Shown one piece after another: positions 46,272-55,435 of a DNA stretch of 64,000 bases. Position 1 is the stretch's first letter, and every line of letters starts with the position of its first letter. The DNA comes from an uncultured Bacteroidales bacterium. Its GTDB lineage: Bacteria; Bacteroidota; Bacteroidia; Bacteroidales; CAIXZF01. The notes under the pieces are model-generated. The model was not told the DNA's origin and did not search any database. It saw nothing but the letters and a program-made list of their open reading frames with translations. A program made the position numbers and the translations under genes. The stretch spans positions 44,965-108,964 of the forward strand of contig CAZSQJ010000001.1 of the NCBI GenBank assembly GCA_964608665.1. The letters are read 5' to 3'.

Positions 46272-48293
46272 ATGTTCACAAGGATATCGCTGACCTGCAT
46301 GCTTTTTTTCTCACTGATCAATGCAGGTGCCCAGATAAGGAATACACAGCTTATCCCCCCGGGAATGAAGCGTGATCTGGAACGCCATGGTGAAGTGTAC
46401 TTCTTGACGCTGCTTGCCAAAAAAGCAGATATCTCAAAGATATCCAGCCTTGTATCTGTTCACAAAGTGGCGGGTGACAGCGTCTGGGCCTGGGCGAACG
46501 AAAAGGAATGGAATGCTTTTGCTGCCTGCGGCATGGACTACCGCTGGATCCCTCATCCTGTCCCTGAAGATGTCGTGATGAAAGCAGATGCAGCTGAATT
46601 AAGCACCCTGGCCTGGGATTTCTATCCTACCTATGCGGCATACCTGGCCATGATGGCCCAGTTCCAGGCAGATTTCCCTTCCTTATGCCGGATCGACACC
46701 ATCGGTTATACCACCAATGGAAGGCTGCTGCTGGCAGCCCGCATTTCTGACCAGGTGCAGACCGAAGAAAATGAACCGGAATTTTTGTACACCGCTGCAA
46801 TGCATGGCAATGAGTTGACGGCTTATGTATTGATGCTCAGGCTTATTCATCACCTGTTGAATGGATATGGCTCTGACAGCCTTCTGACCATGCTCGTGAA
46901 CAATGTTGTTATATATATTAACCCCCTGGCCAACCCCGACGGTACTTACCACGGCGGCAACAATAGCGTTTCCGGAGCCATACGGTACAATGCCAATTAC
47001 GTGGATCTTAACCGTAATTATCCTGATCCTCAGAACGGTCCGCATCCCGACGGTAATCCATGGCAGGCCGAAACCCTGGCTTTCATGGAATTTGCAGAAG
47101 ATCATGATTTTACCATGTCCATTAATTTTCACGGGGGAGCGGAAGTATTTAACTACCCGTGGGATACCTGGGCCCAGCTTGCAGCCGATGACAGCTGGTG
47201 GATTCATGTGGCAAGGTCGTATGCTGATACGGTGCACATTTACGGACCTTCAGGGTACTTCAACGATTTCAACAACGGGATCACCAATGGTTACGACTGG
47301 TACGAAGTCAATGGCGGCAGACAGGACTACATGAATTATTTTCATCAGTGCCGGGAAGCGACCATTGAAATCTCGAACAGCTTTGTACCGCCGGCATCCA
47401 CCCTCCCAAACTACTGGAACTACAACAAACAGGCATTGCTCAATCATATCAGGGAGTCCCTTTACGGGATCCGCGGCATCGTCAGCGATTCACTTACCTC
47501 CCAGGCCTTGATTGCCAAAGTATTTATTCAGGGACACGACATCGACAGTTCACATGTTTACAGCAGTCTTCCGGCCGGCAATTTCCACCGTTACCTGAGC
47601 CCGGGCATCTGGTCTCTCACTTTCTCAGCAACGGCTTACCATCCCAAAACCATAAGCGGTGTGACGGTATCAGATGATTCAGTGACCATCCTCAATGTTG
47701 TATTGCAGCCTCTTGGTATTACAGTTGACGGAACGGTTTGCTATGACAACCTCCTGCAGAGTCCGCTCAGCGGAGCAGTAGTATGCCTTTCGGATACTGC
47801 CGGTAACGTTCTGATGACAGACAGCACGGACGGGAATGGCTGTTACAGTTTCAGCGGGGTCCTTCCCGGTACGCGGGTGCTGCATGTAACTGGCAGTCAG
47901 CCCTCAGGAGGTGTCAATGCAACCGATGCCTTGCTCATCTTAAAACACTTCGTTCATCTGGAAAACCTCACCGGACTGAAAAAGGACGCGGCGGACGTTG
48001 ACACGTCAGGATCAGTCAACAGCATCGATGCCCTTATGGTGCAAAAACGCTTTGTGGGCATGATCAGCAGTTTCCCGGCAGGGGAGTGGTTGTTTACAAC
48101 GGACACGCTCCAAATTTCCGGCAACAGTCTTTCTGTTAACCTTAAAGGTATCTGCACCGGCGATGTCAATGCCAGTTATAACCCGGTACTTCCTGCAAAT
48201 CCTATATTTAACGAAAATCAATCCGGATCTGCCGGGCAACGTTCCACCAAACCCGGAGTCTTAACCGAAAACCCGGGAAAGCCTGATAATTAA
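46272..48293 (+). CDS. M14-family zinc carboxypeptidase with CarboxypepD_reg-like domains and C-terminal dockerin-like repeats
   Basis: Start at ATG 46272 (signal MFTRISLTCMLFFSLINAGAQ). Zinc ligands MHGNELT and NFHGGAEV. C-terminal duplicated calcium-loop/helix segments GGVNATDALLILKHF and DVDTSGSVNSIDALMVQKRF. No T9SS CTD. Confidence 0.82.
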   Translation: MFTRISLTCMLFFSLINAGAQIRNTQLIPPGMKRDLERHGEVYFLTLLAKKADISKISSLVSVHKVAGDSVWAWANEKEWNAFAACGMDYRWIPHPVPEDVVMKADAAELSTLAWDFYPTYAAYLAMMAQFQADFPSLCRIDTIGYTTNGRLLLAARISDQVQTEENEPEFLYTAAMHGNELTAYVLMLRLIHHLLNGYGSDSLLTMLVNNVVIYINPLANPDGTYHGGNNSVSGAIRYNANYVDLNRNYPDPQNGPHPDGNPWQAETLAFMEFAEDHDFTMSINFHGGAEVFNYPWDTWAQLAADDSWWIHVARSYADTVHIYGPSGYFNDFNNGITNGYDWYEVNGGRQDYMNYFHQCREATIEISNSFVPPASTLPNYWNYNKQALLNHIRESLYGIRGIVSDSLTSQALIAKVFIQGHDIDSSHVYSSLPAGNFHRYLSPGIWSLTFSATAYHPKTISGVTVSDDSVTILNVVLQPLGITVDGTVCYDNLLQSPLSGAVVCLSDTAGNVLMTDSTDGNGCYSFSGVLPGTRVLHVTGSQPSGGVNATDALLILKHFVHLENLTGLKKDAADVDTSGSVNSIDALMVQKRFVGMISSFPAGEWLFTTDTLQISGNSLSVNLKGICTGDVNASYNPVLPANPIFNENQSGSAGQRSTKPGVLTENPGKPDN

Positions 48294-48325
48294 CATTCCT
48301 GATAACCCAACAAGATTGTTCTGAA

Positions 48326-50062
48326 ATGGTAAACTTCTACAAAACCCGCACGATTTTCTCTTTGTTGCTGATTTGCTTACCACTGCTACAGTTTGCAGCC
48401 GGCGGCACCTCTTTTCAACTTATTCCACCTTCAGATCAGTTAAAGGCTGACGGTGGCGAACCAAGTGTGTATTTTACATTCCAATGTGTTGATAAAGAAC
48501 AGATTGCCTCATTGAGCAAACTGATCTCCATCGACAAGGTTGAAAACGGATTTGTTTGGGCTTATGCAGGGAAAGCTGCCTTTGACGCTTTCCGGGCACT
48601 TCAGATTCCGTATACGCTGTTACCTTATCATGAAGCCGGAACGGCGGATAAAATACTCGAACCCGACGCGCTCGGGGTCCCGCTCGCCTGGGATTTCTAT
48701 CCCAGCTATTCAGCCTATGAGACCATGATGGCAGGTTTTGAGACGACATATCCCGCATTATGCAGGATAGTCACCATCGGAACCCTCAGCAGCGGCAGGA
48801 AGTTGCTTGCGGCACACCTCAGCAGCAATGTGGATTCAGCCATGAACAAACCACAGTTTTTATATCTCTCAAGCATTCATGGCAATGAACTTACCATGTA
48901 TGTCCTGATGCTCAGACTGATAGACACCCTGCTGGCCAATTATGGCACCGATCCCAGAATGACCGCCATCCTTGACAATGTGAATTTATGGATATGCCCG
49001 CTCGCCAACCCTGACGGCACATACTATGTCAGCAACAGCAGTGTGAACGGCGCTGTCCGCGAGAATGCAAACGGGGTCGACCTGAACCGGAATTTTCCCG
49101 ATCCGGAAGACGGTCCGCATCCGGATGGCAATCCCTGGCAGGAGGAAACTGTTTTCTATATGAATTTCGCCAGTGAGCAGCATTTCGTAATGTCAGCCAA
49201 TTTTCACGGCGGTGCCGAAGTGGTGAACTACCCGTGGGATACCTGGCCCATCCTGCCTGCAGATAATCTGTGGTGGAATTTTACCGGAAGACAGTTTGCC
49301 GATACTATTCATTTGTACAGTCCCTCAACTTACTTCAACGATCTGGATAACGGGGTTACCAACGGTTACGCATGGTACACCATCGACGGGGGATGGCAGG
49401 ATTACCTGAACTGGTGGCATCATTGCAGGGAAGCCACCATCGAAGTGTCTTCCACCAAGAAACCTCCTGCTTCCCAATTACCTACCTATTGGAAGTATTT
49501 GCGCCGGTCACTGCTGAATTACATTGAACAAAGCACTTACGGCATCCGTGGTATTGTGACCGATTCCATCACAGGAGCCCCGCTCAGAGCCAAAGTCTTT
49601 ATCCAGGGACACGATTTCGACAGTTCCTTTATTTATTCCGCCCTCCCTGTCGGCAATTACCACAGACTGCTTTACCCGGGCTCATATCACCTTACTTTTA
49701 CCGCTCCGGGATATTACCCAAAAACACTCAGCAACCTGGGTGTCGTCCACTACCAGACAAATGTGCAGGATGTCCAGCTGGTACCCATCGGTACCGGAAC
49801 AACGGAGCAGTCCAGAAGATGCATTTCGGTTTTCCCGAACCCGGCCACCAATTACCTGCATTATTACTGGCCTGAAGTTACTCCGGTTGAAGGTGTCCGC
49901 ATCTTCAACATGCTTGGAAAACTGACCTTGGAAACCAATCCGGAATCTGCAGGAGGCAATCTGCAATCCATTGATATTTCTTCCCTGCAGGCAGGAGCTT
50001 ATTACATGGAAATCAGGACATCAGATCATGCCACAGCCACGGCAAAATTCATCAGGCAGTGA
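48326..50062 (+). CDS. M14-family zinc carboxypeptidase paralog with T9SS C-terminal sorting domain
   Basis: 578 aa. Collinear with the upstream paralog (IHGNELT, NFHGGAEV, YGIRGIV). C-terminus VFPNPATNYLHYYW...IFNMLGKL...GAYYMEIRT is T9SS CTD-like. Confidence 0.88.
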   Translation: MVNFYKTRTIFSLLLICLPLLQFAAGGTSFQLIPPSDQLKADGGEPSVYFTFQCVDKEQIASLSKLISIDKVENGFVWAYAGKAAFDAFRALQIPYTLLPYHEAGTADKILEPDALGVPLAWDFYPSYSAYETMMAGFETTYPALCRIVTIGTLSSGRKLLAAHLSSNVDSAMNKPQFLYLSSIHGNELTMYVLMLRLIDTLLANYGTDPRMTAILDNVNLWICPLANPDGTYYVSNSSVNGAVRENANGVDLNRNFPDPEDGPHPDGNPWQEETVFYMNFASEQHFVMSANFHGGAEVVNYPWDTWPILPADNLWWNFTGRQFADTIHLYSPSTYFNDLDNGVTNGYAWYTIDGGWQDYLNWWHHCREATIEVSSTKKPPASQLPTYWKYLRRSLLNYIEQSTYGIRGIVTDSITGAPLRAKVFIQGHDFDSSFIYSALPVGNYHRLLYPGSYHLTFTAPGYYPKTLSNLGVVHYQTNVQDVQLVPIGTGTTEQSRRCISVFPNPATNYLHYYWPEVTPVEGVRIFNMLGKLTLETNPESAGGNLQSIDISSLQAGAYYMEIRTSDHATATAKFIRQ

Positions 50063-50072
50063 TCACTGCCTG
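50053..50072. repeat. Perfect 20-bp palindrome spanning two convergent stop codons
   Basis: CAGGCAGTGATCACTGCCTG equals its own reverse complement. The central TGATCA supplies TGA for the + gene (50060-50062) and TGA for the - gene (50063-50065). Confidence 0.9.
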
Positions 50073-51313
50073 CTCATGTCCACCATTTCCTGTTTGGCGT
50101 AAAAACCCGAATCCAGCTTATCCTTTACGGCAGAAAAGGCGTTCAGTGTATACGCAACATCCTCAAGGGTATGAACAGCCGTTGGTATAATGCGGATCAT
50201 GATTACATCCCTGGGGACAACAGGGTAGGTGACGATGGAACAGAACACATCGTAATTTTCGCGCAGATCGTAGGTCAGGTGTGTGGCCTCGGGTACCCCC
50301 CCCTTTAAAAAAACGGGGGTAACCGGTGAGGCGGTCTGACCGAGGTTAAATCCCCTGGCTTTCAAGCCATCCTGAAGGGCCCTGACAATAGTCCAGAGGT
50401 TTTCCCTGAGCTGGGGCCGGGTGCGAAGCAGTTCCAGCCTTTTCAGGGCACCTGCCACCATCGGCATCGGCAGTGATTTTGCGAAGGTCTGGGAACGCAT
50501 GTTATATCTGAGAAAGTTGACTACCGTAGTATCACTGGCCACAAAAGCCCCGATGCCCGCCATGGCCTTTGCAAATGTTCCGAAATACACATCCACGTCT
50601 TTCTGTACATGCAATGCCTGGTCCGTGCCTGCCCCGGTTTCGCCCATGGTTCCGAAACCATGCGCATCATCCACCAGCAGACGAAAGCCGTATTTCTCCT
50701 TTAATTCACTGATCCTTTTTAGATTACCAAGATCTCCTGCCATTCCGTACACCCCTTCCGTAATAACCAGTATCCCTCCTCCGGTCTGATCGGTGATCTT
50801 CCTGGCCCGTTCGAGTTCCTTTTCAAGGTTTTCCATATTGTTGTGCGGAAACACAAAACGCTTGCCGAAATGCAGCCTTACCCCGTCGATGATACAGGCG
50901 TGCGCTTCGGAGTCATACACGATAACATCTTTACGGTCAACCATGGAATCGATAATGCTGACCATCCCCTGATAACCGTAATTCAGCAGGAAGGCATCTT
51001 CTTTGCTCACAAAATCAGCAAGCTCATTTTCAAGCTGTTCATGCATTGCTGTCTGACCCGACATCATCCTGGCACCCATGGGATAAGCCATTCCGTATTT
51101 CTCCGCGGCCTCGGCATCTGCTTTCCTGACTTCCGGATGATTGGCCAGTCCGAGGTAATTGTTCAGGCTCCATACCAGTCTTTCCTTTCCCCTGAAAACC
51201 ATACGGGGACCAATTTCGCCCTCAAGTTTCGGAAAAGTGAAATAACCATGCGCTTGTTTGTAATACTGTCCCAGTGGCCCCATGTTCCTGGCGATCTTGT
51301 CAAAAATATCCAC
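50063..51313 (-). CDS. Alpha-oxoamine synthase family PLP enzyme (KBL/AONS/serine-palmitoyltransferase-like)
   Basis: 416 aa. Fold-type I aminotransferase. DDAHGFG and the PLP-lysine context GTFAKAMAG. Substrate cannot be assigned from sequence alone. Confidence 0.8.
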   Translation of the reverse strand: MDIFDKIARNMGPLGQYYKQAHGYFTFPKLEGEIGPRMVFRGKERLVWSLNNYLGLANHPEVRKADAEAAEKYGMAYPMGARMMSGQTAMHEQLENELADFVSKEDAFLLNYGYQGMVSIIDSMVDRKDVIVYDSEAHACIIDGVRLHFGKRFVFPHNNMENLEKELERARKITDQTGGGILVITEGVYGMAGDLGNLKRISELKEKYGFRLLVDDAHGFGTMGETGAGTDQALHVQKDVDVYFGTFAKAMAGIGAFVASDTTVVNFLRYNMRSQTFAKSLPMPMVAGALKRLELLRTRPQLRENLWTIVRALQDGLKARGFNLGQTASPVTPVFLKGGVPEATHLTYDLRENYDVFCSIVTYPVVPRDVIMIRIIPTAVHTLEDVAYTLNAFSAVKDKLDSGFYAKQEMVDMSRQ

Positions 51314-51487
51314 GGCTGAAGGTTTAAAAGTTCAACATCTTTTGTGACAGGCGCCTTCGGGCTTTTACGCTTGCGTTTTTCCCGGAAATGCCTGTCCTTG
51401 CAAAAACAGGCGCAAAGGTAAAGCTTTTGTGATTGTGAAAACAAAAGGAATAAATCTGTTTACTTTGTGCCGTTAATTTCCGGTTCA

Positions 51488-52783
51488 ATGGAAGAAGTCA
51501 TTGTATTCTGGTTCCGCAGGGATTTGCGCCTGAAGGACAACAGGGGTCTTGAAGCCGCACTGGCAGCGGGTTTTCCGGTACTATGCCTGTTCATTTTCGA
51601 TAAAAATATCCTTGATTCCCTGCCCGGGGATGACCCCAGGATCACTTTCATTCACCGTAAACTTGAAGAACTCAGGGATATGCTTGCCCGGCATCAATCT
51701 TCCATGCTTGTGCTGCATCAGACACCCGAAACGGCATTCTCAACTTTGCTCAGTCAATGGAAGGTACAGGCCGTTTATGCCAATCATGATTATGAGCCTT
51801 ATGCCAGACAACGTGATGAAATAATCTCAGAACAGCTGTTTAAGGCCGGTGTCCCTTTCTTTACCTTTAAGGACCAGGTCATCTTTGAAAAAAGCGAGAT
51901 ACTTAAACCCGATGGCGAACCATATACTGTATATACGCCCTATGCCAGGAAATGGCTGGCAAGGTGGCAGACAATCACAGGAGGGAAGCCTCCTGCGGAA
52001 AAAGCTATCTTATTAAAAACAAATCCATTCCGGATGCCTTCGCTTTCTGAACTCGGATTCAGGCCGGTACAGCGGAATTTCCCTTCAGCGGAGATCCCGG
52101 ACGACATTATCAGCCGCTATGACCAAACCAGGGATTATCCTGCCCTGGAAGGAACGAGCAGGCAGGGGGTACACCTGCGGTTCGGTACCATCAGCATCAG
52201 GGAACTGGCGAAAAGTGCAGCATCATTGAATTCAGTTTTTCTCGGAGAATTGATATGGCGTGAATTTTTCATGATGATCCTGTATCACTTTCCACGTGTG
52301 GCTTACCAATCCTTCAGGCCGGTTTATGATTTTATCACCTGGCGGAACCATCCGGAAGAATTCAGGGCATGGCAGGAAGGCAGGACAGGCTATCCGTTGG
52401 TGGATGCCGGCATGAGGGAACTCAATGAAACGGGTTACATGCACAACCGTGTCCGCATGATCACATCCAGTTTTCTTTGTAAAAACCTGCTGACCGACTG
52501 GAGGCTGGGAGAGGGGTATTTCGCGGAGAAACTATTTGATTACGAACTGGCTTCCAATAACGGCAACTGGCAGTGGGCAGCCGGCACAGGCTGCGATGCC
52601 GCCCCGTATTTCAGGTTTTTCAATCCTTTGGTCCAGCAACAGAAATATGATCCGGATAAGGTTTATATCAAAAAATGGTTGCCCGAATACGGAACATCCG
52701 CCTATCCTAAGCCAATCACCGACCTGAAAGAAAGTAGTGCCCGCTGCCTGGAGGCATACAGGAAAGCCCGTGTCCGCGCATGA
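51488..52783 (+). CDS. Cryptochrome/photolyase family protein (deoxyribodipyrimidine photolyase or Cry-DASH type)
   Basis: Start at ATG 51488 (MEEVIVFWFRRDLRLKDN). FAD-binding blocks WREFF, TGYPLVDAGMRELNETGYMHNRVRM and NNGNWQW. Confidence 0.88.
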   Translation: MEEVIVFWFRRDLRLKDNRGLEAALAAGFPVLCLFIFDKNILDSLPGDDPRITFIHRKLEELRDMLARHQSSMLVLHQTPETAFSTLLSQWKVQAVYANHDYEPYARQRDEIISEQLFKAGVPFFTFKDQVIFEKSEILKPDGEPYTVYTPYARKWLARWQTITGGKPPAEKAILLKTNPFRMPSLSELGFRPVQRNFPSAEIPDDIISRYDQTRDYPALEGTSRQGVHLRFGTISIRELAKSAASLNSVFLGELIWREFFMMILYHFPRVAYQSFRPVYDFITWRNHPEEFRAWQEGRTGYPLVDAGMRELNETGYMHNRVRMITSSFLCKNLLTDWRLGEGYFAEKLFDYELASNNGNWQWAAGTGCDAAPYFRFFNPLVQQQKYDPDKVYIKKWLPEYGTSAYPKPITDLKESSARCLEAYRKARVRA

Positions 52784-52901
52784 CAGGGATCAGCCCTTAG
52801 CGGTTTCCTCCTTCAGCGGGCAATTTGTATTTCATGATGTTTCAATCCGTCGCGCTACGCCCAATTCGCAGTCTTAAAAATGCCCGGAACCGAAATAATC
52901 T

Positions 52902-52909
52902 TACCTTTG
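52902..52909 (+). promoter_or_regulatory. -7 box TACCTTTG for the beta-propeller gene
   Basis: Exact TAnnTTTG, 34 nt upstream of ATG 52943. Supports the shorter start. Confidence 0.45.
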
Positions 52910-52942
52910 CCGACGTTTTCAGCTAACCCTTATCGCCATCCT

Positions 52943-54253
52943 ATGACCAGAATTGCCACTATCCTGATTATCACGCTCCTGCCATTTTTCAGCCGGGCAC
53001 AATGGCAGTCGCAGTGGACTGCCTTTCAACAGGAACGGTGGGTTGAACATATTTGTATTGTGGATCAGAACACTGTTTGGGTAACGGGCAGGACCACGGG
53101 TCAGCCTTCGCCGCTGAGCAGGGACTTTTCGCGAAGCACCAACGGGGGAAGTTCCTGGCAGGCAGGAAGTGTTGATCTTCTCGAAGGTTACGGCCTCGGG
53201 ATGATCTGTGCACATGATGCCCTGAATGCATGGGCATGCCTTCAAAGCATGGCTGACACCGGAGGCTATGTCATCCGGACCGGCGATGGAGGACAGAACT
53301 GGATTATTCAGCCAACAGCCGTCTTTTCAGTGAATCCTGAGATCATCCATTTTTATGATGCAGACTCCGGGGTAGTTATCGGACAGCCCCGCAACGGAGC
53401 GTTTGAGATCTGGGTCACCACCGACGGCGGCAACAACTGGGACAGTATCCCTGCATCCGACATGCCGGTCGCCTATGACGATGAAAGCACCTCGCACCGG
53501 ACATACTGGGTGAAAGGTGATACACTCTGGTTCGGTGGAAACACCAACGGCAGAATCTTTTATTCTTACGACAGGTCAAGGCACTGGGCATTTCTGCCTT
53601 TTCCCGAACCCCAGATACATTTCGTCATGTTCCGCGATACTGTCGGACTGGCCGGCAGGCTCGATCCCGTACTGGATGAATATGCCCTTTATCAAACCTT
53701 TGACCAGGGTTCAGGCTGGGAAAAAACCGCGGCAGATGGACTGACCGGTATCAGCAGCCTTACTTACATAAGAGGAACGGAAGCCACTGTCCTTGCCTGT
53801 GGTGTAAATCTGATGGTCAGTAACGACTGGGGTGCTAACTTCCTTCCCATGGCAGCACCACAGGGAAATCAAACCTATTCTGTCGTCGCTTTCAACGACT
53901 TCACTACAGGCTGGCTGGGCAGTGTCAACAATACTTCCTCCTCCCAGGGTGGTATCTTTAAATACAACGGACCACCGCTTCAAATGGATTATCCTGCAGG
54001 TGAAACAATATCCGTGCTGTATCCGAATCCAAGCCAGGGTGATGCAAGACTTGAACTAAACTCAGATAAATACCAAGGCATCAGCCTGCGGATTTGTGAC
54101 CTTTCAGGGAAGCTGCTTCGCATGAACCATCATGAGCTGGGTCCGGGAATCAACCGCCTTGCCGTCCCTGCAGGTGATTTACCACCGGGAATGTATATCA
54201 TTACATGGGAAAACAACGGTGGCGTTTTTCACAAGCTGCTGGTCAGGAATTAA
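52943..54253 (+). CDS. Secreted beta-propeller-like protein with BNR/Asp-box-like repeats and T9SS C-terminal sorting domain
   Basis: Signal MTRIATILIITLLPFFSRAQ. Repeated S/T-x-D/N-G-G-x-x-W motifs (STNGGSSWQ, TGDGGQNW, TTDGGNNW, DQGSGWE). CTD LYPNPSQGDARLEL...GMYIITWENN. Confidence 0.7.
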   Translation: MTRIATILIITLLPFFSRAQWQSQWTAFQQERWVEHICIVDQNTVWVTGRTTGQPSPLSRDFSRSTNGGSSWQAGSVDLLEGYGLGMICAHDALNAWACLQSMADTGGYVIRTGDGGQNWIIQPTAVFSVNPEIIHFYDADSGVVIGQPRNGAFEIWVTTDGGNNWDSIPASDMPVAYDDESTSHRTYWVKGDTLWFGGNTNGRIFYSYDRSRHWAFLPFPEPQIHFVMFRDTVGLAGRLDPVLDEYALYQTFDQGSGWEKTAADGLTGISSLTYIRGTEATVLACGVNLMVSNDWGANFLPMAAPQGNQTYSVVAFNDFTTGWLGSVNNTSSSQGGIFKYNGPPLQMDYPAGETISVLYPNPSQGDARLELNSDKYQGISLRICDLSGKLLRMNHHELGPGINRLAVPAGDLPPGMYIITWENNGGVFHKLLVRN

Positions 54254-54271
54254 GTACGTTAGTTTTTTTTG

Positions 54272-54279
54272 TACTTTTG
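54272..54279 (+). promoter_or_regulatory. -7 box TACTTTTG for bamD (near-leaderless)
   Basis: Exact TAnnTTTG ending 5 nt before ATG 54285. Confidence 0.45.
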
Positions 54280-54284
54280 CACCC

Positions 54285-55079
54285 ATGTTCAGGAAAATCC
54301 TCCTTCTACCCCTTCTGGCGCTTACACTGCTGCAGGTTTCATGCAGCGGGTATAACAAAATCCTTAAGTCAACAGATAATACCGAAAAGTTCGAAGCTGC
54401 CGTAAAATATTATCATGACGGAGATTATAACAGGGCACTCCAGTTATTCGACCAGTTGATCCCGTTTTACAGGGGAACCGACAAAGCGGAAATGATCAAC
54501 TATTATACTGCCAACAGTTATTTTCACCAGGGAGATTACATTCTGGCCAACTACTATTTTAAAACGTTTACCAAAAACTTCCCGAACAGCAACCTGGCAG
54601 AGGAATGCCTTTATCAGGCCGCATTTTGCAAATACCTCGAATCTCCCATGTACAGCCTCGACCAGACCAGCACTCTGGAAGCCATACAGGAATTCCAGAT
54701 GTTCGTCAATCTTTATCCCACCAGTGAGCGGATCACGTTAGTGAACCAGCTGATGGATGAATTACGGGCCAAACTGGAGAAAAAGAGCTACGAGATCGCC
54801 CGCCTGTATTACAATATGGGAGAATACCAGGCTGCCATTACATCATTCAGGAATGTATACAAAGATTTTCCGGATACCAGGTACAAAGAAGAACTCCTTT
54901 ATCTTACCCTGAAGGCTTATGTGGACTTTGCTGCCAACAGTGTGCCCTCAAAAAAGAAAGAACGCTACCAGGGAGCCATCGAAGCCTATAACACCCTGGT
55001 AACTTTTTACCCAAATACCGCCTACCTAAAAGATGCGGATCAACTGAAAAAAAGTGCATTAAAAGAAGTAGAACCATAA
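54285..55079 (+). CDS. bamD: Outer membrane protein assembly factor BamD (TPR lipoprotein)
   Basis: Start at ATG 54285 with lipoprotein signal MFRKILLLPLLALTLLQVSCSG. TPR-like repeats. Conserved position upstream of rpoZ-coaBC. Confidence 0.82.
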   Translation: MFRKILLLPLLALTLLQVSCSGYNKILKSTDNTEKFEAAVKYYHDGDYNRALQLFDQLIPFYRGTDKAEMINYYTANSYFHQGDYILANYYFKTFTKNFPNSNLAEECLYQAAFCKYLESPMYSLDQTSTLEAIQEFQMFVNLYPTSERITLVNQLMDELRAKLEKKSYEIARLYYNMGEYQAAITSFRNVYKDFPDTRYKEELLYLTLKAYVDFAANSVPSKKKERYQGAIEAYNTLVTFYPNTAYLKDADQLKKSALKEVEP

Positions 55080-55092
55080 CATCACCACCTAT

Positions 55093-55422
55093 ATGGATTA
55101 CAAAAAAGTGAAAACCGACAATCTGGCCGTTACACGTAATGTTGCTGATTTCGCTGCACCTACCGGTAATATTTACGAAACAGTATGCATCCTTTCCAAA
55201 CGGGCCAACATCATTTCACTGGAACTGAAGGAAGAACTCAGCAAAAAGATCAGTGAGTTCGCTACGGCAACCGATAATCTTGAAGAGGTGTTCGAAAACC
55301 GGGAACAAATTGAAATCGCCCGCTTTTATGAACAGCTACCCAAGCCAACCCTGATCGCCATCCATGAGTTCCTGAACAATCAGATTTATTACAGGAATCC
55401 TGCAAAGGAAGAAATGCAGTGA
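55093..55422 (+). CDS. rpoZ: DNA-directed RNA polymerase subunit omega (Bacteroidota long form)
   Basis: 109 aa. NIYETVCILSKRANIIS core resembles the omega helix. Synteny bamD-rpoZ-coaBC. Confidence 0.7.
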   Translation: MDYKKVKTDNLAVTRNVADFAAPTGNIYETVCILSKRANIISLELKEELSKKISEFATATDNLEEVFENREQIEIARFYEQLPKPTLIAIHEFLNNQIYYRNPAKEEMQ

Positions 55423-55435
55423 TCACTGCAGCAAT

